Made by a program: the position numbers and the translations under genes. 64,000 nt of DNA from the NCBI GenBank assembly GCA_963729715.1, contig CAVSPA010000004.1, forward strand, positions 1 through 64,000, read 5' to 3'. A model generated the notes under the pieces. That model saw only the letters and a program-made list of their open reading frames with translations. It did no database searches and was not told the origin of the DNA. Origin of the DNA: an uncultured delta proteobacterium (GTDB lineage: Bacteria > Desulfobacterota > Syntrophia > Syntrophales > UBA2185). Positions 12,362 through 20,791 of this stretch are shown piece after piece (the stretch's first letter is position 1; every line of letters starts with the position of its first letter).

Positions 12362-13588
12362 GTGAAAAACTCATCTGAATATAGAGGAAAACTAAAGGAA
12401 CTATTCATTGTTGGAGACATGAGCAGAAGGGCCTTTTTGAAGAAAGGAATTGGCTTTGCAACGATCGCCGCCAGTCTCGATACGATCGCCGGTTACGCTG
12501 CCGAGCAAAACAAGGTGCAGGAACTGGTTTCTCCGACAGGGGTGGAACCGAGACGGATTATTTTACCGAAGCTTCCATATTATAAAATACAGCCCCCTCA
12601 GGAGGGTTGTCTTGTAGGCTTACGTAGAAATACACTTTATGGAGACAATCCTGAGGCACGTTCAAAATATGAAGAACTGGAATCAATTGCGAAAGATTTA
12701 AACGAATTAAGAGAAAAACTTAACGGTGAGATATACTTTGAGAACACGGCGAAAGAGCGCGTGGTCGTGAATATTAGATACTACGCGCAGCATTTGGGCA
12801 TAATGCCTTCCATAATCGTTCTGATGGACAGGCCGAAGTTGTTTCTTCCTTTCCCTAAAGCAGAATCGATTGAACTCGCCAGAAAAGGCATTATTCCCTA
12901 TATCAATGCTTGTATCGGAAATCATAGAGTGGGAGGACGAGGTCAGGCTATGGAATTTGAGGGAATACCGGCGGGACAATATGACCTCTACATCCGCGAA
13001 TTTGCAAAGGGGGCTCTGGAATTCGGGCAAGAATACGGCGGTTTCTTTTTCACCACAATGGAGGAAGCGAACGGGTACTGGTATAAATGGGCAGGGAAAA
13101 GTTCGACCTATATTCCCGCATGGAGACACATATGGGAAATTTTCGATGAACTGGGAACGAACCGGTATGCCACATGGGTTTGGGAAACATTTTGCCCCGA
13201 AGGAGTGACTCGCGTCAATAATCCCGAATATTACTATCCAGGTGACAAGTATGTCGATTGGATAGGCATCAATGTTTACTCGGTAGCGCTTAATCCGAGT
13301 ATGGACAAGTCACTTTATGCATTAATGCATGAAACATACAGACAAATGCAAAAGAATCATCCTCAAAAACCAATTATGCTATCAGAATTCGCAAGGACAA
13401 ACCAATATGAACAGAAATGGTGGATTCAGGATGCTTACAGCAACTTGAAAAATGATTTTCCGGCGATCAAGGCCGCTATTTATTATGATAACATATGGAC
13501 ATTGACTAAAGACCACACGCTGAGCCCGGGAGGTTTGGCGGCGCTGAAGGACATTTTCAAGGACCCTTACTGGATTACGGCTAAATGA
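12362..13588 (+). CDS. Tat-exported glycoside hydrolase family 26-like protein
   Basis: SRRAFLK Tat motif; EANGYWYKW, AWRHIWEIF, YYPGDKYVDWIG and KPIMLSEF GH26 motifs. Confidence 0.8.
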   Translation: MKNSSEYRGKLKELFIVGDMSRRAFLKKGIGFATIAASLDTIAGYAAEQNKVQELVSPTGVEPRRIILPKLPYYKIQPPQEGCLVGLRRNTLYGDNPEARSKYEELESIAKDLNELREKLNGEIYFENTAKERVVVNIRYYAQHLGIMPSIIVLMDRPKLFLPFPKAESIELARKGIIPYINACIGNHRVGGRGQAMEFEGIPAGQYDLYIREFAKGALEFGQEYGGFFFTTMEEANGYWYKWAGKSSTYIPAWRHIWEIFDELGTNRYATWVWETFCPEGVTRVNNPEYYYPGDKYVDWIGINVYSVALNPSMDKSLYALMHETYRQMQKNHPQKPIMLSEFARTNQYEQKWWIQDAYSNLKNDFPAIKAAIYYDNIWTLTKDHTLSPGGLAALKDIFKDPYWITAK

Positions 13589-13888
13589 TGGGAATGTCAG
13601 CGACCTTGTCAAGAGACTTAATCAGATGAAAGCCACGGCGGCCTACTTATCAGAACATAAGTTGCTAATAGTAGATAGATGGATCTTTCCGTCTGTAATA
13701 TATACTCTGCATCACGAGAAAGTGGAGCATACTCATATGTTACATAACTGACTGACCGCTCTGTTTCTTCCTGTAAGTAAGCATCCGATTATTTTGGTAA
13801 ACATACACCCTTCAATTCGTAATAAACACAATTCACGCACGACGACAAATATTTGCACCACACTTTACATTTTGCGGTCGATATTTCT

Positions 13889-13917
13889 TTGACATACAAG
13901 ACCGAAATTATTATAGT
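13889..13917 (+). promoter_or_regulatory. Putative sigma70 promoter
   Basis: TTGACA-17 nt-TATAGT upstream of 13977, with AAGGAGG RBS. Confidence 0.55.
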
Positions 13918-13976
13918 TCACCCATGAACAAGCAAGGTCTTATCAAGATGAACGTAAAAAAGGAGGAATAATAAAA

Positions 13977-14291
13977 ATGCGCTGGAATCATTACCTATCT
14001 TACTTTTTCGGCGGTGCCTTTCTCGCCAATGCTATCCCACATTTTGTAAACGGGGTTATGGGGCATCCATTCCAAAGCCCATTTGCTTCCCCGCCGGGCC
14101 AAGGGCTGTCTTCCGCAACAGTGAACGTGCTGTGGGGTGCCTTCAACCTCGTTATGGGCTACTTACTCGTGTGCCGCGTCGGAACCTTCGAGCTACGCGC
14201 GACGAAGCATGTCATTGTTGCGGGATTGGGTGTATTGCTAATGGCATTGATGTTGTCCCGAGCGTTTGGGCGGTTCTACGGGGGTATCTAA
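13977..14291 (+). CDS. Small integral membrane hypothetical protein
   Basis: Strong RBS, three hydrophobic segments, NAIPHFV.G..G.PFQSPFA.PPG motif. Confidence 0.75.
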   Translation: MRWNHYLSYFFGGAFLANAIPHFVNGVMGHPFQSPFASPPGQGLSSATVNVLWGAFNLVMGYLLVCRVGTFELRATKHVIVAGLGVLLMALMLSRAFGRFYGGI

Positions 14292-14571
14292 GAGAATTTT
14301 TATGTTTAGATGAGCGAGGAAAGATTTAACGGCGTGCCGCTTGCTTTCTTCTGCCTTTTCTGCCAGCGGTATGACGATGGAGCCATGTTCGATAAAGCAG
14401 GGTTTATCAGACATGCCGAAGTTTGGCGACTTCACGCAAAACTATACCGCCAATCAGCCTTGAACGCAAAACGCAACTTAGCTCCAGTCCGTCACTCTTT
14501 TTCAATTCGTAATCCTCCTGACAACTTCCCGCCACTAAACAGTAGGTAGGTGGCACCAACAACCGGCTTGT

Positions 14572-14663
14572 TTCATTGATCACGCTTGCGCATTACCGAG
14601 TGTAAACATCCTATTCCTTGGCAGCTTATTCCCATCACATGCAGCCTGCGGCTGCCTTCCTTG
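14572..14663 (-). repeat. Long inverted repeat, copy A (60-bp perfect core 14604-14663)
   Basis: Exact reverse complement of 19861-19920, with ~30 bp of degenerate extension. Confidence 0.9.
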
Positions 14664-14743
14664 AAGTCAATAATGAAACTATGGTGACAGTTATCCACCC
14701 TTTCTATTGGTAATCATTTCTTAACCATGCTCAGATTTACTAC

Positions 14744-14772
14744 TTGACATTATATACCGATTGGTATATGTT
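14744..14772 (+). promoter_or_regulatory. Promoter with overlapping TetR-type operator palindrome
   Basis: TTGACA-17 nt-TATGTT, overlapping ATATACC-GATT-GGTATAT (14752-14769). Confidence 0.7.
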
Positions 14773-14792
14773 GGGGGTGTAGAGAAAAGATC

Positions 14793-15386
14793 ATGGGCAA
14801 AGCAGAAGAAACAAGAAGATTTATCATCGAGAAGGTGGCACCCATTTTCAACATGCATGGTTATGAGGGCACATCCCTGTCTCAATTGATAGAGGCCATC
14901 GGACTTACCAAAGGAGCTCTATACGGCAACTTCAAGAACAAGGATGAAATCGCCCTGGCTGCGCTTGAATACAACATCTCAAAAATAAAAGATGAAATAT
15001 CGGATCGAATTAGACCCATTGACAATTCATGCGACAAACTTGTCGCGTTGGCTGAATTTTACCGAGATACGTTTGACAGGATTTCTCAGCGGGGAGGATG
15101 TCCGATCCTGAACGCCGCCATCGACACTGACAACACTGAGCTTCCCCTGCGTGACTTTGTGATCCGATCGATAGACGACTGGATGCGCATGATCATCTTA
15201 ATTGTCAGGCGGGGTGTAAAAAGGCGAGAGATCAAGGAAGGCATCGACGCAGAAACGTTTGCCACGCTCTTTGTTACTTTTATTGAAGGCGGCATCATGC
15301 TTTCAAAGGTTACAGGCAAGCGGATTCACTTGGATAGAAACATCGATTACCTTATAAATAAAATCAATGCTGAGCTGAGGATTTAG
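14793..15386 (+). CDS. TetR/AcrR family transcriptional regulator
   Basis: N-terminal HTH FNMHGYEGTSL...GLTKGALYGNFKNKDEI; GGCPILN C-domain motif. Confidence 0.93.
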   Translation: MGKAEETRRFIIEKVAPIFNMHGYEGTSLSQLIEAIGLTKGALYGNFKNKDEIALAALEYNISKIKDEISDRIRPIDNSCDKLVALAEFYRDTFDRISQRGGCPILNAAIDTDNTELPLRDFVIRSIDDWMRMIILIVRRGVKRREIKEGIDAETFATLFVTFIEGGIMLSKVTGKRIHLDRNIDYLINKINAELRI

Positions 15387-15428
15387 CTTTTTAGAAGTAG
15401 TCGTCGGATTGCAGAGGGAGGATATCAT

Positions 15429-16556
15429 ATGGAGACAAAAGACGTTTATGGGCGGTTTATGGCATGGCTGAAACAATCCTGGTACGGCGTGCCTCGACCG
15501 GAAGAGGCCCTGCCATTGATCCGAGCACGCTACACGAAAGAAGAGGCCGCACTGCTCACTGGGATACCGTTTGCGCCGAAGCCCTTGGAAGAACTGGCGG
15601 TCCTGAAGGAGATGTCACCGGAGCGTCTTCAGGAAATGCTCGATCGGACGGCCCGGAAGGGACTGGTCTACCGGGATGAGAAAAAGGGAAGCCTGCGTTA
15701 CGGACTGAACGATATTTTCTTCGGCATGCGGACTTTCGGCTGGCCGGGACGAACCGATGAAACCAGCCATGCTGTGGCACCTCCTGCGAACCATTACTGG
15801 GAGCACGGCTTTCTCGATCCGTGGGAGCCGGTCCGGGAGAAGGGATTGCGTGTCCTGCCTATAGGGGAAACTATCAAGGACACCCGCGAGGTACGGCCTT
15901 ACGAAGATGTGGTCAGGCTCCTTGATTCCTTCAATTATTTTGTTGTGACTGTCTGCCCCTGTAAACACATCAAGAATCTCGATCCAAACGAGCCTAATTG
16001 TCCTTATCCCGCAGAGGTCTGCCTGCATTTCGATAAGCTCGGTCATTACATTGTTGATAACGGCCTCGGTCGCGAGATTACGCGGCAGGAAACAGAAGAA
16101 ATCCTCAAGAAGAGCGCCGAGGCGGGCTTGGTGCACGGCATCTCAAATCAGCAGGAAGGCATTGACACGATCTGCAACTGCGATCCGTGCTGCTGCATGT
16201 GGTTCTCCGCTCTTTACAAGATGAAGCATGCGGGCAGCCTGACCCCTTCCAACTATCGCGTCCGCACCGATCCTCGGATTTGTCTGGGCTGTGGGCTGTG
16301 CGTCAAGCGCTGTCCTATGAAAGCCTTGCACCTGGAGAATCATCCCGAGGCAACAAACAAAAAGGGGGTGGCCGCGGTGCTTGACCCGGAGATGTGTATC
16401 GGGTGTGGCGTCTGCGTCTACAAATGCAAGAGTCAGTCCCTCAAGCTTGAACAACGGGAAGCTGTGCATGACCCGCCCCGAACGGGGAGAGATTTTGCGA
16501 TGCAGTTCATGATGGACTATCAGGCGGCTCAAGCCCGTAGCGATGGGAAGTCCTGA
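15429..16556 (+). CDS. 4Fe-4S dicluster protein with extra Cys-rich domain
   Basis: CLGCGLCVKRCP and CIGCGVCVYKC; CPC, ICNCDPCCC; N-terminal HTH-like region. Confidence 0.85.
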   Translation: METKDVYGRFMAWLKQSWYGVPRPEEALPLIRARYTKEEAALLTGIPFAPKPLEELAVLKEMSPERLQEMLDRTARKGLVYRDEKKGSLRYGLNDIFFGMRTFGWPGRTDETSHAVAPPANHYWEHGFLDPWEPVREKGLRVLPIGETIKDTREVRPYEDVVRLLDSFNYFVVTVCPCKHIKNLDPNEPNCPYPAEVCLHFDKLGHYIVDNGLGREITRQETEEILKKSAEAGLVHGISNQQEGIDTICNCDPCCCMWFSALYKMKHAGSLTPSNYRVRTDPRICLGCGLCVKRCPMKALHLENHPEATNKKGVAAVLDPEMCIGCGVCVYKCKSQSLKLEQREAVHDPPRTGRDFAMQFMMDYQAAQARSDGKS

Positions 16557-16663
16557 GAATATGTCGATGCATGCGGGATGGGCAAAAAGAATGCCCAGAA
16601 GGGTGCGGCGCATCGGTCCGATCGCCGACAGTCACAGCAAGAATAAAGGGAGGGATATAGATC

Positions 16664-16849
16664 ATGAAATGTAACGTGGGGCGAACCGATAGAATATTCA
16701 GGATCATCTTAGGGGTCGTCATCATCTTGGCGGGTATCTATTTCAAAAGCTGGTGGGGCGCTGTTGGCCTTCTTCCTATCGTGACCGGTTCTATCAGATG
16801 GTGTCCGGCATACGTTCCATTTGGATGGTCAACATGTAAAGGTTTATAA
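16664..16849 (+). CDS. DUF2892 (YgaP-like) small membrane protein
   Basis: NVGRTDRIFRIILG...WCPAY.PFG.STC signature; GGGAGG RBS. Confidence 0.85.
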   Translation: MKCNVGRTDRIFRIILGVVIILAGIYFKSWWGAVGLLPIVTGSIRWCPAYVPFGWSTCKGL

Positions 16850-16939
16850 GAGAGAACATTAGGTAAATATCTGGATATCTGGAGGGAAAGTAGCGGAGTC
16901 AGTCCATGGCAGTGGACAGGATGAAAACCATTAACCATT

Positions 16940-16996
16940 GCCCAACAAGATAATCCAGCGGACGTCTTACAGTCGCCGCTGATTTTTGTGTTGAGG
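16940..16996 (+). other. Integron attC-like recombination site
   Basis: GCCCAAC-5 nt-AATCCAGC...GCTGATT-5 nt-GTTGAGG, with the two characteristic extrahelical bases. Confidence 0.75.
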
Positions 16997-17247
16997 TTAC
17001 AGGAAAAGTCCCGACCAGTTTTTTGCGGGAGACACGCACAGAAAAGTGCTCTCGCAAGGGGCTCCACAATCGACGATCTCATGCTCGGAAAGAGTAATGC
17101 GACCCCTTGAAAATATCGTCGGGGCGATTTTTTCTACAGACTCGTTGCGCCAACATACAACGAACTGAGCTCTTGTAAGAATTACAAGGAGGACAAAATG
17201 AAGAGATTTTTCTTGATATTTCTGGCGACAGTGTTATTGAGCCACAT

Positions 17248-17781
17248 AAAACACCAGACTTCTGTCTGGTGATGTAGTGGCTATCCAGACGAGTGAGTAT
17301 TTGGTATGATAGGGCATGAGATATCGTAAAAGTGCCCATGCTATCTATAAAACAGAATATGATCTCGTCTGGATAGCGAGATATCGGAGAAAAATCTTCG
17401 TAAAAGGTGTAAAGGAATATGCGGAGGAAACACTTTCGCACATCCCATAACTTGATCCCGATATCGAGGTAATAAAACTTAGTGTTCAGTTAGACCATGT
17501 TCACATGGTGGTCGTGATACCGCCAAGAATTGCAGTTGCCGACGTAGTTCAGTTCATCAAATCGCAGTCGGCAAAAAAGATAAAGGCGAAATTTCCTTTT
17601 CTGCGTAAGACGTATGCAAGTAAAGAAGGCATCTGGTCACGAGGCTACTGTGTATCGTGCATAGGCTTAAGTGAAAAGGAAATTATCGCCTATGTTAAGT
17701 ATCAAGAAAAAGAAGACAAAGGACAACTGCAATTAACGTTGTGATTTAAGAAGCCCCCAGCTCCTGCTGGGGGAGGATCAC
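17248..17781 (+). mobile_element. IS200/IS605-family element (tnpA only)
   Basis: Left hairpin CACCAGAC-TTCT-GTCTGGTG; right hairpin CCCCCAGC-TCCT-GCTGGGGG followed by AGGATCAC; tnpA between them; ends approximate. Confidence 0.75.
17316..17744 (+). pseudogene. tnpA: IS200 TnpA (Y1 HUH transposase) with in-frame stop
   Basis: MRYRKSAHAIYKTEYDLVWIARYRRK...DHVHM...IWSRGY...YVKYQ; TAA at 17448-17450 (codon 45). Confidence 0.88.
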
Positions 17782-17865
17782 TGAAGGAATGCAGCTGTCA
17801 CCTACAAAGGGTGAGTGTTGAATAGTTGCCAGGATTACTGATCGAAACGGAGTAAAAGATAAAGC

Positions 17866-18753
17866 TCAGCCGCGTCCACTAGAGCGTATTGATGGAAGAT
17901 TTTTTTCAAACATTTCGCGCATCATTTCTCCCTCGCAGACTTTAGTCACAGGTCCGGTCATTGTTGCTAGAAAACCTTTGCTGAAATGGATATTAATATT
18001 GCCGCCTGGCATATGAACTGTGATATCTGAACCGCATAACCCAAGTTTGTGAGCAACAGCAGCAGCAGCAGTACTGCTGCTTCCAGATGCCAATGTGTAA
18101 CCAGCACCACGTTCCCAAATTTCAATTTGAATATTCCCTCGGTCAATAACCTTCATGAACTGGACATTAGTCCGCTTGGGGAAGCGAGAGTCATTCTCGA
18201 TGAGTGGGCCGTAGTGATAAGCATCAGCCGATGACGGCTTGTTAGTGAGCACAACACAATGAGGATTGCCGATGGTCGCTGCACAGAACTTGAAAACCTT
18301 TCCGCTTATGCAAATGTCTTCATTCAGCACCTCACGCGGTGGTCCTGCTACAGGAATACTCTCACTGTTGAAACTAACTTCTCCCATTTCGATAGTAACA
18401 ATTCTCCCTCCATTTTCAACCTTGCACGAAACAGCACCACTGAGAGTTTCAACTGAAAAAGGCTGTTCACTCACAAGCCCTTCGTCATAAAGTGATCGTG
18501 CAAAGATACGAAGGCCATTCCCGCTCTTTTCCGCTTCACTTCCATCTGGGTTTAATATACGAAGGCCAAAATTGCATAACTTGCTATCCACTGGACCGTA
18601 GAGAATACCATCTGATCCTATACCGTAGTTGCGATGGCATATTAGACGTACTATGTCTGGAGACAACTCATACTGAAAAGATTTTGGTCGTAATACTATG
18701 TAGTCATTGCCTAAGGCATGATATTTCAGATATCTCATCTTTTCTTCCAACAA
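17866..18753 (-). CDS. dapF: Diaminopimelate epimerase (DapF)-family protein with Ser at both catalytic Cys positions; likely start ATG 18738
   Basis: KYHALGNDY, GIGSDG, NPDGSEAEKSGNG, GNPHCV, FP.RTNVQF, WERGAGYTLASGSS, MPGG, MTGP. Confidence 0.85.
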   Translation of the reverse strand: MLEEKMRYLKYHALGNDYIVLRPKSFQYELSPDIVRLICHRNYGIGSDGILYGPVDSKLCNFGLRILNPDGSEAEKSGNGLRIFARSLYDEGLVSEQPFSVETLSGAVSCKVENGGRIVTIEMGEVSFNSESIPVAGPPREVLNEDICISGKVFKFCAATIGNPHCVVLTNKPSSADAYHYGPLIENDSRFPKRTNVQFMKVIDRGNIQIEIWERGAGYTLASGSSSTAAAAVAHKLGLCGSDITVHMPGGNINIHFSKGFLATMTGPVTKVCEGEMMREMFEKNLPSIRSSGRG

Positions 18754-19199
18754 TAAATATACAGTCTGTATAACACGACTTAAAGTCCGTCTACTGGACT
18801 ACGTACAACCATGCCTCCTTATTTAAGTACGTTGATGTAAATCATCGTCGTACTGATGTGTTTCCTATCATAATCAGGCAGAAGATGCCCATTAATTATT
18901 GCCGTTTTAAATGTAGCATCACTATCATGGTAGGAGGAAGGTATCTATTTTTGTCGTCAGTAGAGAAATTGAAATTTTAGGTCTGCATGTTTCGATCGGT
19001 ACTGATTAAGATCCATCAAGGGAAATATGAAATGTACCGGCTCTCGTGTCCACCTACACTGTTCAGTCGTGCGTATTCATAATAACTGATCGAAACAAAC
19101 GAGCCACGCCTCGGCATTACGGAGAGTATGAACGACCAAGCAGTCGTCGGTTTCTTAATGAACTCTAACATGTTTTTTGATACCAGACTAACTGCTGAA

Positions 19200-19601
19200 T
19201 TAATTTGCCGGGTAGCATTGTAACGATCTGATTTTTTCTTTCCATTCTTTTTCACTCAGGTTTGGGTAATTACCTTCTCCAAGAGGACCAAGCTTATTAC
19301 CTTTGAAATTGACATCTTGATAAAAGTCGCATTTTAGCCCAGCCCCTATGCGAATCGAAGAAATCGTGTCAGTAAAGCCTCGGCCCTTTATTTCTTTGGG
19401 ATCTCCAAAGTACCATTCTTCTGGATGCAGAATGTCCGGTTCATGAGTTCCCGCAGAAAGAAGGAATGACCGGCCCGCATAATTAATCTGCTCATAGGCT
19501 ATCCCACTTCCGTAATCTATTGGCTTCTGCGATGATTGATTGCAACTCGTTAGACTTATAAAAACCACCAACAGAAAAAAAGTCAGTTTATAAATATTCA
19601 T
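19200..19601 (-). CDS. Lipoprotein with beta/gamma-crystallin-like domain
   Basis: Lipobox LTSC; DTISSIRI, FYQDVNFKG, G.YPNL and IRSLQ Greek-key motifs; GGAGG RBS. Confidence 0.7.
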   Translation of the reverse strand: MNIYKLTFFLLVVFISLTSCNQSSQKPIDYGSGIAYEQINYAGRSFLLSAGTHEPDILHPEEWYFGDPKEIKGRGFTDTISSIRIGAGLKCDFYQDVNFKGNKLGPLGEGNYPNLSEKEWKEKIRSLQCYPAN

Positions 19602-19860
19602 ACAAGCACCTCCTCAAGATCGTATTTAATATGTTGAATACTGTTAGTACATTTTATTAGCAATCCTTTTATAGAGTTCTATAGTCTTGAGAGCTCCTAT
19701 TGGAGCCTTCTATACTTCATGACGTGATCGCTTTTCCCCTTACAGGGTGATGATCATGTCTAATACTCTATCATATTTTGTGCATGAGGTGGGTTCACTC
19801 CAATTACTAATTATTTCTAAATGTAATGTAACACAAAAGGGTAAAATAGAAAAATAAATA

Positions 19861-19951
19861 CAAGGAAGGCAGCCGCAGGCTGCATGTGATGGGAATAAGC
19901 TGCCAAGGAATAGGATGTTTCATCCCGTAATGTGCAATGACGATCAATGAA
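19861..19951 (+). repeat. Long inverted repeat, copy B (60-bp perfect core 19861-19920)
   Basis: Reverse complement of 14604-14663. Confidence 0.9.
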
Positions 19952-20088
19952 GGAATGAAATGTTCTGCTTATTGAGAACATCTACAAACAAACGTTTTTG
20001 AAAAGTCTTGACGTTGTGAACTACGATATGAAACGGCGTAAAGCTCGGTATCAGCTATGGCCGTCGACTGCACGCCGCGGTTCGGCCG

Positions 20089-20583
20089 CTACCCCAGATT
20101 TAGTTCCAATCGCTGTTCGTTGACCTCGCGACCCCACCGAAACCCCGTCTGCTGGTCTACAAGCTTGAAGCCATTTTTCTCGTAGAGGTGTCGTGCCGCG
20201 TTGAGGCCTTCAAATGTCCATAGGTAGATCCGTCTATAACCTTGACTTTGACAGAAGCCGATTGCAATACCCATCAGCTGATTACCGACGCCCTTTCCCC
20301 GCAACGCATCAGACATGATGAACCAGCGCAAATGTGCGCCCTCGACTGCGGCATGGCTGCCATCTATGGTAATCGATCCCTCAATGCCTCCCGCCACTAC
20401 CGCGGTCCAGAAGGAATCCCGTTGCTCGTCATATCGGCTAAGGAATGACGCCAACTCAGTGGCAACCTTAGCCTCGAAGAACAGACCAAAGCCCCAATGC
20501 TGTTGGTAGTAGGTGCCATGCAGCGCGGCCACTCGTCCGATCGAGCCGGGAATGTAGCCCCTGATAATCTGTACATCTGACAT
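20089..20583 (-). CDS. GNAT family N-acetyltransferase
   Basis: GSIGRVAALHG.YY, AHLRWFI, RGKGVG acetyl-CoA motif, LWTFEGLNAARHLYEKNGF. Confidence 0.9.
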   Translation of the reverse strand: MSDVQIIRGYIPGSIGRVAALHGTYYQQHWGFGLFFEAKVATELASFLSRYDEQRDSFWTAVVAGGIEGSITIDGSHAAVEGAHLRWFIMSDALRGKGVGNQLMGIAIGFCQSQGYRRIYLWTFEGLNAARHLYEKNGFKLVDQQTGFRWGREVNEQRLELNLG

Positions 20584-20791
20584 AGCGTATACCTGTTGCT
20601 TGCATCTGTGCCGCCGAATCATTAATATACCACGTTGTTTTTTTGCGATATTTTACGAAAGATTCCTTGCACAAGAAATATTGCATAATGATTGAGCATA
20701 GTCAATTTTCTGTTTCAGCAGGTAAGGAATGCTATTTGAAATAGTTGATACCTGCCATGATTAACAAATTGTTGACTACAGTCAACTATCA

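Noticed and set aside
19030..19145. Possible REP-associated tyrosine transposase fragment (RVHLHC...LIETNEPRLG)
   Set aside because: Short, frameshifted and too weak to support by eye.
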